A stretch of 59,253 nucleotides of DNA, counting the filler, from Circinaria calcarea (lineage: Eukaryota), in NCBI GenBank assembly GCA_051942165.1. It is 9 parts of 9 records of this genome, joined end to end, with 100 filler letters (N's around TTAATTAATTAA, not from the genome) between each part and the next. Parts side by side here need not be neighbours in the genome. Positions count along the whole stretch, not along the records: positions 52,778 to 59,253 come from JAVECS010001573.1; 8 more parts are not named here. One strand, given 5' to 3'. Each line of letters starts with the position of its first letter. Positions within the stretch are counted from its first letter, which is position 1. Shown one piece after another: positions 57,120-59,253 of the stretch. Made by a program: the position numbers and the translations under genes. The notes beneath the pieces are model-generated. The model did no database searches. It was not told where the DNA came from and saw only the letters and a list, made by a program, of their open reading frames with translations.

Positions 57120-59241
57120 ATGGCGCTGCTGGAATCACAATGGATCACGGTGCAGCAGAAGACTTTTACGAAATGGCTCAACAGCAAAGTCCAATGCCGA
57201 GACGTAGCTGTCAACGACCTCGTCAAGGACCTCTCGGATGGGGTAATCCTCATCCATCTCCTCGAAGTCCTCGGCGCCGAATCCCTCGGCCGCTATGCCT
57301 CCCGGCCCAAGCTTCGGGTACAGCGATTTGAGAACGTCAATACGGCTCTCAACTTCATCAAATCTCGAGGCATCCAGATGACGAACATTGGTGCCGAAGA
57401 TGTGGTTGATGGGAACAGGAAGATCATTCTGGGATTGATATGGACATTGATTCTGCGCTTTACCATTAGTGATATCAGCGAGGAGGGCATGACGGCAAAG
57501 GAGGGATTGCTGCTGTGGTGTCAAAGGAAGACGGCGTGTTACGAGGAAGTGGAGGTGAGAGACTTCTCTGGAAGTTGGAACGATGGCTTGGCTTTGTAAG
57601 TTCAAGGGTATGTGATGGCAGCGAGAGATGGTGCTGAGAAGAGGTAGCTGCGCGTTATTAGATATCCATCGACCGGACTTGATCGACTACGATAGTTTGG
57701 ATAAAAATGACCACAGGGGAAACATGCGGCTGGCTTTTGATATCGCCTCAAAGGAGATTGGGATACCGGACTTGCTGGATGTGGAGGATGTTTGCGATGT
57801 TGCCAAACCGGATGAACGATCTCTAATGACCTACATAGCCTACTGGTTTCATGCATTTTCGCACATGGAAAGAGTCGAGAATGCCGGTCGTCGGGTTGAG
57901 AAATTTGTGACGAGTGTGCAAGGAGCGTGGGAGATGCAGAATTCCTTTGAACGGCGCATGCGAGAGCTCCTTCGGCAGATTGCAGTGCAGAGGCAAGAGT
58001 GGCAAGAGGCGGAATTCCAAGGGACCTATGCGGATGCAAAGGAACAGCTGAATCAATTTACCGTCTACAAGAAGAACCAGAAACGGAAATGGGTAGCAGA
58101 GAAGTCGGATCTGGCGGCGTTGCTGGGAAACATCAAGACCAAGATGAGCACGTATCGGTTGAGAGCATATGAGCCACCACCAGATTTGAGGCTCGATGTG
58201 CTGGATCGTGAATGGGCAGATTTAATGGCAGGCGAGAGGCAGAGAAGTCAAATCATTAACGAAACAATTCGGGAGTTCGTCAACTCCTAACTGCCATCTT
58301 TAAGGAGTCTAAAGGTTCTAGCTGCTAATTGCACTTCTAGCATCAAAAATTCCCTCCGCCGTACCTTTGCTGAAAAAGCAAACTCCTTTGCCCATACCCT
58401 TTCAACCCTCTCCCTGGCCCTCACCGGCCTTGAAGGAGACATTGCCGACCAGCTCTCTCACGTCCGCCGGCTTGCCTCCCTTTCTCTCCCTCCCCTTTCG
58501 CAATACCTCAGCGGTATCTCCCTCCTCGCGACCCAATGCGAAGAAGCAAATATTGAAGAAAATGACTTTACCACCTACACCTACGATGAGCTATGCTACG
58601 AACATGACCTTGTGGCCGAGAGCGTTGGAAAGAAACTGGCGTTTTTGGAAAACCAAGCTGTTCTAAGGGAATGTACTAATTTGACGCCGGTGCAGCTGGA
58701 AGAATGGGAGAGTGTCTTTCGACATTTCGACCGGGAAGGAAGGAACGATCTCAGTGAGGTGGAGTTTTCAGCCGCGCTGGCATCTTTGGGATTGGTGTAC
58801 GATGAGGCGGAGATGCATGCTCGGTTCTTGGAGACTTCGACACTGGTTTCTTCGCCTGCGGTCCCACAAATCAATGGCGCTGGGCATAGGAGTTCTTCCC
58901 CCTCTCGCACCTTGACCACCCACCCAGTGGCCTCTTCTGCCAGCCCAAGCAATGCCAACTTTATTCCCACGATGACCATCCCCAGCCGTCGCGTCACCTT
59001 TGAAGGCTTCATTCGCTTCATGGTCTCCGTCACCGAAGACCAAAACACGGCCGAGCAGGTGTTCCAATCATTCCGTGAGGTGGCGGATGGCAAGGAGTGG
59101 GTTACGGAGGTCGATCTAAGGCATAGTCTTATTCCGGATGAGCTAGTCGAGGAGCTGGTTCGGTGTATGCCTGTTATTGGTGAAGAGGAGGGCGGGAAGA
59201 GGTTTGATTATGTGGGCTTCATGGAGGGGAAGCCCACATAA
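57120..59241 (+). CDS. ain1: Alpha-actinin (2 CH domains, spectrin repeats, EF-hands), 3 exons
   Basis: QWITVQQKTFTKWLN, DLSDGVILIHLLE, ILGLIWTLILRF, LLLWCQRKT, SWNDGLAF|CALL, PDERSLMTY, EF-hand FRHFDREGRNDL. Confidence 0.95.
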
Positions 59242-59253
59242 TCAAACCTCTTC

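Overview
This is eukaryotic DNA from a filamentous ascomycete (Pezizomycotina-type short GT-AG introns with CTRAC/CTAAY branch points). It is not one locus. Nine separate contigs of about 6.5 kb, ordered by decreasing length (6522, 6506, 6504, 6501, 6490, 6486, 6484, 6484, 6476 bp), are joined by eight artificial 100-bp N44-TTAATTAATTAA-N44 spacers, so gene neighbourhoods only mean something within a contig. Contig 1 is a compact secondary-metabolite cluster fragment: PTH11/SAT4-like membrane protein, SAM methyltransferase, hot-dog thioesterase and P450. Contigs 2-5, 7 and 9 are mostly housekeeping: CorA-domain protein, EMG1, VOC-domain protein, NUP85, TinA/Msd1-like ADIP protein, ALDH, GT90/CAP10-like, RNA15, PHB2, lactose/cellodextrin permease, SMC2, CUE protein, CRIB protein and alpha-actinin. 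Contig 6 looks accessory. It holds a secreted Thr-rich protein, a 27-bp tandem repeat, a probable pseudogene, a 4-exon cytosolic trypsin-like protease that the ORF track fragments, a 121-bp inverted-repeat element and an SRPK-like kinase. Contig 8 encodes a >1380-aa orphan with 26-aa and 16-aa tandem-repeat arrays. I found no convincing tRNA, rRNA or CRISPR array. Gene models were spliced by eye and family calls are from motif recognition, with no database search.
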